This document shows positions 48,157 to 58,872 of a stretch of DNA of 64,000 nucleotides, one piece after another. A program made the translations under genes and the position numbers. The first letter of the stretch is position 1. Each line of letters starts with the position of its first letter. A model generated the notes under the pieces. It made no database searches and was not told the origin of the DNA. It saw only the letters and a list, made by a program, of their open reading frames with translations. This stretch comes from Rhynchopus sp. YZ270_cl-10 (lineage: Eukaryota), in NCBI GenBank assembly GCA_964035575.1, contig OZ037836.1, positions 1,860,001 to 1,924,000 of the forward strand, in the 5' to 3' direction.

Positions 48157-48808
48157 CCGGCCGCGTACATATTACGTCGCGTACTAATTAAGTCGGTTAG
48201 GGCAAATGCCGACTTAATTAGTACGCGACGTAATAAGTGTGCGACGTAATTAATTTTTGGAAGAAAAACAAAATCTACGTACAAGGTGAGTGGGAAGGGT
48301 TTCTGGGATTTCTCTTGGTGTTGGCGTGTTGTCCCTCGGCCCTTTACAAGGTTACATTGGGCAGAGATTGCAGCATGCAAACGTTTTTTAATGTTTGTTG
48401 AAATATGAATGAATGACTCAAATTGCGGATTTGGGGAACTCATTGGCACTTCCCACTCTTCTTGCGCATACGGAGGTACTAGACGCACTGTGGCAGAGTT
48501 CTCACCGATTTCTTCCATCTTACCCTGTGTCGTCTACACGCGCCGCGTGTTGGGTTTGCTCTCCTCCTCGTTCACACGATCTGCGATGGCCTTCGGGATT
48601 GTGTGGGTTTGGTGGTATCCCCCCAGTGATGTGCCCACACCAGCTGTGTTCCAACATGATTACCCCCACTTTTTTTTTCACCTTACGGTGTGTACTAATT
48701 ACGTCGCTTTTTTGGGCGCCCGAGGGCCCCAAAAAAGCGACTTAATTAGTACGCGACGTAATAAGTACCCCCCGTAATAAATACGCGACGTAATATGTAC
48801 GCGGCCGG
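48157..48808 (-). mobile_element. Internally deleted Tc1/mariner-type element (27-bp TIR, TA TSD)
   Basis: TA-CCGGCCGCGTACATATTACGTCGCGTA inverted at both ends; minus-strand NIKKRLHAAISAQ resembles a Tc1 transposase C-terminus. Confidence 0.8.
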
Positions 48809-49716
48809 TAAACGAAAAAGTGTTTTCTTTATTTCATTTAACTGTTATATCCTGAAGTCGTTTTCTATTTTTTTTTTTTTTTTTTGATAAAACAACTTGT
48901 TGTCAATTCTAAAAAGATTGGAGGCAGCGCTTGCAGGCCACAACAAAACAGATTGAAACAAGAAGCGTACAAACAAAAGACCCGATATTTTTTTTTAGGA
49001 CCACTAGTTTAGCGCTAGTCATTACGACCAGTTGTTCCACAAGTAGTCCCCCTGACTCGTCCGTTGTGTATGTTTGTTTCTTTCCCTCTTTCCTCCGTGT
49101 TCCTCCTATTCTCTTTTTCTTTTTGGGTTTACTGTCTACAAAGTTTAGAAAAACAAAACCCAAAAGAAACAATTAACGAACACACCCTTCCCCCCAAAAA
49201 AGAACTCCCCTGCGCGCAAACTTTTGAAAAAAAGAAAAAAGTACAGTACCCGAATTCTCCCACCTGGTGGGAATACTCGGCGATTGTCGACACAACAAAA
49301 AAGAATAGTGGAGTTCATCCTCGGGTGTCTACACTAAAACAACCAAGTTTTCAAAGAAAAAAGTTTCCTGTCATAAGAGTTGCTCCTTTAAGGGTTCAGG
49401 GCGGTCTACGTCTGGACCTTCCGTAGTACAAAAAGGCTTTGGCCAACATTGAGTACAGACCCTCATTGTCCACTTAGGTTTTTGCATTTTTAATTTGTTT
49501 TATTGTTTGCGGGGGTGAAGAAACACCACAACGAAACGTAGGAGTGCGGCGTCAATTTTGCCCGGTACGCTTTTATTTTGTCAAACTTCTAAATGAATGT
49601 ACGACCGCATGGTTGGGGGGGTCTACCCCCACTGTGCACCAGTCATTGTACCAAAGGTACATTGTCAAAAAAAGAGGGCTTTTTTGTATTTCAAGTCAAT
49701 TTTTCCCCCCAGCAAT

Positions 49717-50687
49717 GGGGTGGCATCAAAACAAAAAACGCGGACAATGTCCGCGTTTTTGGGGAATTTCAGACCCCCCCCTTCCCCCCCCCAAAACGCG
49801 GACATTTTTTGTTTTTTTTTCCCCTATTTTTTGCTGGTTTTTGGGTGACGGGGTGCAAATTCGTGACCCAAAACACAGTTTTTTTGGCATTTCCGGAATC
49901 CGTCCAGAAAGTGGTGGGGTCAATCTCGAAAATTGGACAATTTTTTGACCACTTAAATTTTTGAAAATATGAGCCCGGTCACTAATACGTGGGGCCCATT
50001 TTCGGCCAAAAAATGCTGCTGAAAAAAATTTTCAGGTGAAAATTTTTCAGCCCCAAAACATGCCGCGATTGGCATTTCCGGGATCTGTCCGCGCTGTGGT
50101 GGGGTCAATTTGCCGAAATGGCCAAGTTCTTGGTTTTGGTCAAAATGAGTGTAAGGTAAAGGGGCCAAGGTAAATCCCACAACCCAGATTTTCTCTCTCT
50201 GATGCTGAAACCATGAAAATGTGCAAAAACACCGGCATTTGCATTTCCGGAATCCGTCCGTTCTGTGGTGGGGTCAATTTGCCAAAATGGACAAGTTCTT
50301 GATTTTGGTCAAAACCCGTCAGTGTAAGGTAAAGGGGTCCAAGTGTTTGCCTGTAGAAGCACATGGTAGCAGGGGTTTAAGGGCCCCCCATTCGTGTACA
50401 TTTTGCAAAAAAACGCGGGCATCTTGTATTTTTTATTTTGCCCGAAAACACCGGCATTTGCATTTCCTGAATCCGCCGGTTCTGTGGTGGGGTCAATTTG
50501 CCGAAATGGACGAGTTTTTATAAATTTTGGTCAAAATCGTGTACGACCCCAGTGAAGAAAAAAATTTTCGAGGAAAAAAAAACCCCAAAATGTCCGCGTT
50601 TTCTGGAATTTCAGACCCCCCCCCCCCCCCCCCTCCCCCCCCCAAAAACGCGGACATTGTCCGCGTTTTTTGTTTTGATGCCACCCC
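49717..50687. mobile_element. MITE with ~48-bp TIR (GGGGTGGCATCAAAAC...) and AAT TSD
   Basis: AAT at 49714-49716 and 50688-50690; TIR contains the palindrome AAACGCGGACAATGTCCGCGTTT. Confidence 0.85.
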
Positions 50688-51028
50688 AATACAGTTACCC
50701 CTTTTTTTTACAGAAAAGGGTTTTTTCAGTATTTCTGTGTTTGTTCAAAAACGGCGAGCATGGGAAAGCACTCCCCAAGGCTTTTTTTTCCCTTCTTTTT
50801 TTTAGGTCGCTGAGCCAGGGTGTTTCCTAATTTGCTTCTGCTTCCGGGGATTTGGCCAGGGAAAAAATTATTTATTAGGACAAATACTTTGTGGTGGGAA
50901 ATGATTAAAACATCTGAGACTTGTAGTTTATTCCTTTCCCCTATTATTGTGCACTCACCTCATTTCTGTACTTCAGGCTAAGGGTTTTTTCCCCTTTTGA
51001 CATCCTTTTCTGGACGTTTTGGGGGTAG

Positions 51029-51069
<41 letters not shown>

Positions 51070-51384
51070 AAAGAAATGTTTTGTTTTTATTTGCATGTCA
51101 AAGGAAACAAAAAACCGAATTTAACCTTTATAAAACCCCTTGCCTGATAGTGCGTATGACGTGGGTAGCGTACCAACTAAACAAAAGATGAAAGGGGTTT
51201 TTATTATTTACACGTCCACTCGACGTTTGGATAAAGAAAACCAGAGACGAAAGGGGGTTTGGGGGGAAGAGTTTAATTCTTGAACGCATCCCCCACACTC
51301 AGTCACACAAAGTATGTTTGCTGTTCTGGATCGCTCATTCAAATAAAGCAGTTTTCGGGAATTTTTATTTTCACCGCTGTTGGG

Positions 51385-52520
51385 CCGTGCGCCTGCGGCG
51401 CTGCCTGTTCCCTGTTCTACAGGCAAACACTTGGCCCCTTTACCTTACACTGACGGGTTTTGACCAAAAGCAAGAACTTGTCCATTTTGGAAAATTGACC
51501 CCACCACACAACGGGCGGATTCCGGAAATGCAATTGCCGGGGTTTTCAGGCATTTTCATGTTTTCAGGATCAGGGAGAGAGAATCTGGGTTGTGGATTTA
51601 CCTGGCCCCCTTTACCTTAGGGTAGGCACACTTTTTTATTTGTTTAATGCTCGCGCGCGCGGAAAATTTTGAGATTCCAAAAAAAAAAACATGGAAGAAA
51701 AAAAAACATTGCCTTACGTCAACAGGTTATCTTGACTTTCCCTCCCGTCTTCCTCCACGGAAAAAAAATCAACCAAATATCTTCGAACACAGAATCCTCC
51801 ATATACGAGTGGGTCACATGATATAACTCTATCATGTGACCCCACCGTGGAGAGCAATCGGCTCGCGCATCAAAAGAAAGCAGAGAAAAGGGGAAAAGAA
51901 AAAGACAAAAGGTACCGTGCGCCTGCGGCGCTACCTGTTCCCAGTCAGGAACGCCACAATTTTATCCGAATGTGGATTTTCCAACCTGAAAATGACCCTT
52001 GTTTATGTGGATGGGTTCATATTTTGTGGAAATTTATGCCACTAAAATTTTGTCGGTTTTTCTGTATATCCCCCACCACAGAACGAGCGGATTCTGGAAA
52101 TGCCTATCGCGGCATGTTTGGGCTGAAAACCACTGTTTTTTCAAGGGAAAAAATTGCTTCCGGATGTCGGAATTTTCCGGAAAATTTCCAGAATTAGAAA
52201 ACAGCCTGGCTTCGATGTTTTATTTTTGCTGTGTCTCTGTGTGTGTGTTTTTTTTTCTGTGTGTGTTTTTTTCTGCGCGCGCGCGCGGAACTTTTTGGGA
52301 CCCGACCGAGCATTAAACAAAAAAAAAAGTGTGCCTACCCTTACACCCATTTTGACCAAAACCAAGAACTTGGCCATTTCGGCAAATTGACCCCACCACA
52401 GCACGGACGATTGCGGAAATGCCAATCGCGGCATGTTTTCGGGCTGAAAACCCACTTTTTTTCCAGGGAAAAAAATTGCTTCCGGATGTCGGAATTTTCC
52501 GGAAAATTTCCAGAATTAGG
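51385..52520. repeat. TE-derived modules homologous to 27930-28560 and, inverted, to 49880-50530; termini not resolved
   Basis: Shared CCGTGCGCCTGCGGCGC, TTGACCCCACCACA..CGGATTCCGGAAATG and CCTTACACTGACGGGTTTTGACC blocks. Confidence 0.65.
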
Positions 52521-54543
52521 AAACACCCTGTCACTGAGCGCGAGACTCACCTTATTTCTGTACTTCAGGCAAAAAGGGTATTTCCCACTATTGACATCCA
52601 TTTCTGGGTGTTTTGGGGGGAAAGAAACTGATAGTGCTTTATGACGTGGTGGTGAGCCAACTTAACAATATGAAAGGAGTTTGTATTATTTTTCAGGCAG
52701 TATTCACAACGTTATTGGAAAGATTAATCAGGCAAGCCCTGACAGGGACGCCCCGAACGCCCTCTAGATGTGAGTGAGAGTCACACTTAGTGTGGGAGTT
52801 TTTAGCCAGTATGTGTGTCCTGGCTGCGGTGGTGTCTGTACTTCCCCCTTTGCCTAGACGAGGCAATAGGTCACTTATAGGTGTAGTGTTCACCACACCC
52901 GAGCCCTACTGTGTTGGCTCATTAGGGATCGGGTGTGTACCTCTGTACAGTGACCACCTTTTGTTTCCCAGGGTAAGCTATTTGCGGCCAAGACCTTCAC
53001 AGGGTTTCTGGAGGAAGTGCCACGAAAGGGTGCAGTTTTAGGTCCAGCGACCACCTTAAAAAACAATTTTTTTTTTTTTATTTTCCCCTTTCACATTTTT
53101 ACAACAAGAAATATTAAAAAAAAAGATGGGTTGTTGTTGTTTTTTATACACTTCCCTAATGCTTTCAAATTTTATTTGAAAGTATATGAATTTGTTTTTA
53201 TTTTCCAATCATTGGCAAGAGAGGAAATAGAATCGACGGAAGGTGCCTGCAAATTGTTTTTCATACAGAGTTTTTTGTCTTATCACAACTCTGAAAAAGC
53301 GAAAACGCACAAAAAATTTGCAGAGTGTAATAATGAAAAAGGGTTCTTTTCTTCTTCTTCTTTTCGTTTCTTTCCTTTTTCTTCCTTTTGCCATATCCTG
53401 AAGCCAGATTCTATTTGCCCCAGGCAACAGGCAGCACAACACTCATCAATTGTTCGATAGCTCCACAGAGTGTCAGAATCCCCAAGAAGCGTTGTTTTGT
53501 GCTCCGCTATGCTCTCTCTCCCACACTGCAAAACCGGCAAATAACCCCAACCAGACCCGACTTACTGTTCCTTTCATTCATGGAAGCGGGGAGTAGAGCA
53601 GATCAGACGTAAATTATGAAATGGATGTAGGACTGCATTGGTTCTTGCACCCCGGTGTAGGGAGAAAAGGCCACCGTGGTTTAGTCAGGGGTAGCGCAGC
53701 TAGTCACATGGCTAAGTGTTTTACGACTAGTGGTTTTTAGTGCACTGCTCGTTATAGTATCATGGCTGGTAGCGCAAACTAGTCCAAATGACCACCTGGC
53801 ACTAGCCCCCTCGTAAATCGTGGTATTGTGTATGTAGCAAAAATGTGAAATCAGGTATACTTTTTCATATCAAGTCATTATTTTTTGGTCACGCACCAAG
53901 GTACACTGTCACGAGAGGGCTTTGTATTTCAAGTCAACCTTTTGCTCGAGGAACAGCACAGTTTGCATGCGAAGACGATTCTTGCGTGAGGAGCTGGGCT
54001 ACACCGTTCCGGGTGTGGTCCAATGAGGGACGTATGTGTGCTCACTTCGTCACGCATTGCGCGTCCAGGCAAACCACGGGGAGGGAGCCTCCGTTTTCTT
54101 TTGATATCTTGTGAAAAATGCCACTGGGGTTTTTGTTATTTATTTTCCTTCTTCTGGTTCTTGTCCTTTCTTTATGTATTTTAGTTGTCACTCATAACAG
54201 AGCAATGCACCCCCTCCCACGGGCTTCCCAATCCACTCTATTATCCCACAACCTTCCTTCACACCCCCTTGTAGGGTAGGGTTCCCCACCTCTCGCAGCC
54301 GTTGTCCCATCCGACCTGCGTTGTTGATTCTTTTTGCCTCACCCAAAACACCTGCACAAAGCAGAGAGACTCGTCTTTTGTTCTCCCCAAGTTCAGAAGG
54401 AAATCAGAGTGGAGCACATCCTCAGGTGTCCACACTGCAATGAGGGTAAACAAAAACAAAAGACCTCTCCCCTTGTAACTGTTTGTTGTCTCTTGCGCAC
54501 TTTCACCCCCAATTGGTAAACACCTGAAACAGAGAGACACAAA

Positions 54544-55830
54544 ATGGAAATATGTGTGAAGAGCTTTGACGGAGAGAAATACACAGTCGAGGTGGGTGTG
54601 GATGATACAACTGCGGACATACGGCGGAAGGTGGCGTCTGCAGCAGAGTTGCGCGAAGACGGCTTTGACATGAGCTTCGGAGAGAAGGTGCTGGCCGAAG
54701 GAGACGACACGACGCAGCTGAGTGCTGGGGACACAGTTGTGCTGACGAAGACGAAGTCGCAGAAGGACGACGCCATTGCAGCTCTTCGTGACTTGGGTGA
54801 GACAGCACTGACGACACAGAGGTTCAAAGGTCTGGAAGATCCCAAGCTGGTTCATTTGTTTCTGCAGGCGGAGGTTGTTACTGAGATACCCAATGAATTC
54901 TTGGAAGGTGGCACGTTCTCAGAACTTGATCTCAGCGATGTGTCAGGTGTGACTGCAATGCGCGACAATTGCCTGCACGACTGCATCTCATTGCATACTC
55001 TTGATTTGTCTGGGTGGCACAATGTGACGCACGTTGGATACAACTTCCTCTCCAACTGCAGCGCATTGCAAACACTTGACATCACTGGGTGGAGCAATGT
55101 AGCACATATTGACCACGCCTTCCTCTACAACTGCCGTGCCTTGACCGCACTGGACTTATCTGGGTGGAGCAATGTGACGCAGGTAGGGGACAACTTCATC
55201 TCCCACTGCAGATCGTTGACCACGCTTGCCTTGCCTGAGTGGAGGAATGTATCGCAAATTGATTTCTCCTTCCTCTCCAACTGCAGCGCATTGACCACAC
55301 TTGACTTATCTGGGTGGAACAATGTGACGCAGATTGGGAGGTACTTCCTCAGCTTCTGCAGCTCATTAACCACACTGGACTTGTCTGGGTGGAACAGTGT
55401 GACGCAAATTGGAAACTCCTTCCTCTCCAGCTGCAGCACATTGACGACACTTGACTTATCTGGGTGCAGCAATGTGACGCAGGTCGGAGCTGACTTCCTC
55501 ACCAACTGCAGCGCACTGACCGAGTTGGACCTCTCCACGTGGAAGGATGTCACGCAGGTTGGCAGCCGCTTCCTCTACGCCTGCAAGTCACTGAACAAGC
55601 TCAACTTATCTGGGTGGAAAAATGTAACCCACGTTGCAGACCAGTTCGTCAGCCACTGCAGCTCGTTGAGAACACTGGACTTATCTGGGTGGGCGAGTGT
55701 GACGCATGTTGGGCGAGGAGCACTTGACTGCTGCAACTTACGTAAATGCAGCATCAACGTCACCGGATCGAGCAGTGTTGTAAACAGCCTTGACAAGAAG
55801 AAGAACAAGCGCGATTGTGTGTGCATGTGA
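54544..55830 (+). CDS. UBL-LRR type A protein (11 LRRs, polybasic tract plus CaaX CVCM)
   Basis: Intact 428-aa ORF ending DKKKNKRDCVCM. Confidence 0.9.
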   Translation: MEICVKSFDGEKYTVEVGVDDTTADIRRKVASAAELREDGFDMSFGEKVLAEGDDTTQLSAGDTVVLTKTKSQKDDAIAALRDLGETALTTQRFKGLEDPKLVHLFLQAEVVTEIPNEFLEGGTFSELDLSDVSGVTAMRDNCLHDCISLHTLDLSGWHNVTHVGYNFLSNCSALQTLDITGWSNVAHIDHAFLYNCRALTALDLSGWSNVTQVGDNFISHCRSLTTLALPEWRNVSQIDFSFLSNCSALTTLDLSGWNNVTQIGRYFLSFCSSLTTLDLSGWNSVTQIGNSFLSSCSTLTTLDLSGCSNVTQVGADFLTNCSALTELDLSTWKDVTQVGSRFLYACKSLNKLNLSGWKNVTHVADQFVSHCSSLRTLDLSGWASVTHVGRGALDCCNLRKCSINVTGSSSVVNSLDKKKNKRDCVCM

Positions 55831-56567
55831 GGCCTGTAGATTTCGAGAGGCTAGCTGTTCATTAGCTTGTTCAAACAACGACCTTTTTTTGATGTGCAGC
55901 ACAGTAACGAGAACGTGTACTATGCTGCAGCAGGGCATCCATGTTTACGTGGGATGAAACAGAGGCTTAACATTTAATTTGCTTCAGCTCTCGTGTAACC
56001 GCACGTTAATTTAATTTTATTTTATTTTGATAAAACAATTGTTGTCGCTTCTAAAAAGCTTGGAGGCAGCGCTGCGAGGCAACCAAAACAGATTGAAACA
56101 GACGGAAGCTTGCTGGTTCTTTGAGTACTCATTTATCCACAGCAACCTTGCTGCAGTTCAACACAATTTTTTTCCACCTTTTTTGTTTCCCGCGTATGAC
56201 GTGGGTAGCGTACCAACTAAACAAAAGATGAAAGGGGTTTTTATTGGGACAAATACTTTGTGGTGGGAAATGATTAAAACATCTGAGACTAGTTTATTCC
56301 CTTCCCCTATTATTGTGCACTCACCTCATTTCCTCATTTCTGTACTAACGATGAAAAGGGGGTTTTATTATTTTTTTCAGTGACGTGACACTTGTGACAT
56401 ATCGTAGGAAATCTTTTAGTATGCGCGAAGACGATTCTTGTGCTCCTCACTTCACCCCCACACTATGTCAATACAACATGTTAGACCGTTTGGTCTGGGA
56501 GGGTTTGGGGTTTCTTCATTCTCTCAGTTCAATCTTGAACAATTTCGAGAGGAGTTTTATTTATTTT

Positions 56568-57269
56568 GAACAAGATAAAACAAAAAAGCTTGCGTTTCTT
56601 TTATCGAACAGATTTTATTCTCCGCCCCGTACCCAAAACGTAAACACCACTTTGAATCAGAAAAAATATTTTCTTTTCTTTTTTCTTCCACACGCGCTTG
56701 GTTTTTGTGTTTCATTGACTTTTATCAAAAAGCTTTCCCTCCCTCCACTCCCTGCTTTTTCTTCATAAAGTTGTGCCTTATTGGCTTGATTGCTTGTTTA
56801 GCTCTGTCTCTGTGCTGCTCGCGCATTGTCTGTTTCCCCTTGCGTTGCATGTTTTTCATGTTGTTTTCTCTCTGGTGCTACTGGCACACTGTTTTGTTTC
56901 TTCCTGTTGCACGAAAGCGGATGAGCTAATACTGGGTAACCCTGCTTGAGCAGAGTAAAAAATGTGTGATCTGGGGTGAGGAAGCGTTCCAACTTTTCAA
57001 CCTCTTCCCCAATTTACCTTTCGCGCTTTTTTACCCTCCCCCGTTTTAGAATCAACAGAGAGTGTACGTTAAGATTTCAAAGGGACATGCAATGCACAAA
57101 GAAAGCTTTTTGATAAAAAATTAGCGAGATACAAAAACCAGCGCGTGTGGAAGAAAAAAGGAGAGGAAGATTTTTTTCTGATTCAAAGTGGTGCTTACGT
57201 TTTGGGTACGGGGCGGAGAATAAAATCTGTTCGATAAAAGAAACACGAGCTTATTGTTTTATCTTGTTC
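56568..57269. repeat. Inverted pair of a ~170-bp dispersed repeat (56568-56737 +, 57101-57269 -); another copy at 36357-36527
   Basis: GAACAAGATAAAACAA..TATCGAACAGATTTTATTCTCCGCCCCGTACCCAAAACGTAA.. on both strands. Confidence 0.75.
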
Positions 57270-58171
57270 CTTTTGTACCCCCTTTTTCCCCCTCTCCCCC
57301 GCATAGACAGCCCCTCTACATCCATGTCTGTGCTCTACACCAGCTTCATGCTCACAGACAAGAAGTTTCTTCTGGTGTGGATGCATCAATGCAAAACAAG
57401 AACGATCAAAGGAAAGAGACACAAGCATACTTTTTTCGTTCACTAAGTGTTTCCGAGTGTATTACTTGTCAACACCCATTCTATTTTTGTTTGGAGTCAG
57501 GCACACCACATCGATTGCCCTTAGGGTACCCGCTGTGCTTTCGGTGACATAATTGTGACATATCTGGGGTGAGGAAGCGTTCAACCTCTTCCCCAATTTA
57601 CCTTTCACGCTTTTTTACCCTCCCCCGTTTTAGAATACGTTAAGATTTCCCATGGCAAGCCCTTAAAAAAAGGCTGGGGTATAAAAAAGCAACTAAGACT
57701 AGAGGCTAAAGAGGTCTGACTCACCGAGCGGTTGTGAACCGCCTCCGTTCTCTTTACGGTACGGAGCAACCACGCCTCTCACTCTTTGCATGAGCTTGGC
57801 TGAGATGCGTTTCAGCACGTTTCAACTATTCTTTTTTGTTTAGACAACGGGGCACGCGTGTGCACGTACGTATCAGTGGCCATGTGGGTGGTGTGGTGCT
57901 GTGCACTGTGCAAATACGTGCGTACGTACGCGACCAGTTCTCTGAACATCGGCGTACGTGTATGCCTCGCTGCATGACTGCCTACAGTGAGGCTAAGGGG
58001 GGGTAGCTGTTGTGAAGCCCTGTTCCTAAAATTAATTAGTCCGAGTACGCTTTCACAATGCTTTTGTATTTAAAGCCAACTTTTTGCATATAACGTTTAA
58101 CCCCAAAAAAAGTCTCCAGAAAACGTTTTCATTTTAAAAAAACAAATCAAAAGACCTTTTCCCCTCTAATA

Positions 58172-58736
58172 CCGTCTTTTGAAAAATTATGGACCAGAAA
58201 AATAGGTCCATAAAAAAAAAAAATCCCAAAAAGTCCATAATTGTTCTGGTCCATCATTGTTCTGGTCCATGTTATTTCTGGTCCATCTGTGTTAGGCTTT
58301 TTTTTTTTGAACTTGTCCATTTTCAGACCCATTCCGAGCTTTCGGTACCGCACGTTGGCGGGGCATCTCGGCTTATATGTGGCCCGGTAGACCCATTCCG
58401 GGCTTTCGGTACCGCACGTTGGCGGGGCATCTCGGCTTATATGTGGGCCCGGCAGACCCATTCCGAGCTTTCGGTACCGCACGTTGGCGGGGCATCTCGG
58501 CTTATATGTGGCCCGGTAGACCCATTCCGAGCTTTCTCCCCACAAGCGGTCGTCGCACGCGCTTCGCGCGCGCGACTCCCTGTCAAAATTCTGGACAAGT
58601 ACAAAAAAACCCCACACATATGTCGGACCAGAAAAATAGGTCCATAAAAAAAAAAATCCCAAAAGGTCCATGATTGTTCTGGTCCATCATTATTCTGGTC
58701 CATGTTATTTCTAGTCCATATTTTTTCAAAAGACGG
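58172..58736. mobile_element. Tc1/mariner-type MITE (TA TSD) with ~3.3 tandem copies of a ~65-bp unit (58325-58536)
   Basis: TA-CCGTCTTTTGAAAAA...TTTTTCAAAAGACGG-TA. Confidence 0.8.
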
Positions 58737-58872
58737 TATTTTCTTGTACCCGGCAGGAGACTAAGGGGAGTGGCTTGCAAGTTGTTGCAACTCCCACATC
58801 CCTTCGGACTGTTGGGATTTGGGTTCGAAAGCATGCACACCACACACACCTTGCAGAAGGCAACACACCACC

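Noticed and set aside
50963..50974. TTTCTGTACTT (also near 52556), matching part of euglenozoan spliced-leader sequences
   Set aside because: Only 11 nt in a dispersed repeat; the rest of the SL exon and its donor are absent
53650..53700. Loose resemblance to the ingi/L1Tc 5' signature (GGCCACC..GTGGT..CAGGG)
   Set aside because: I could not build a full P1/P2/P3/P1.1 fold or find a TSD
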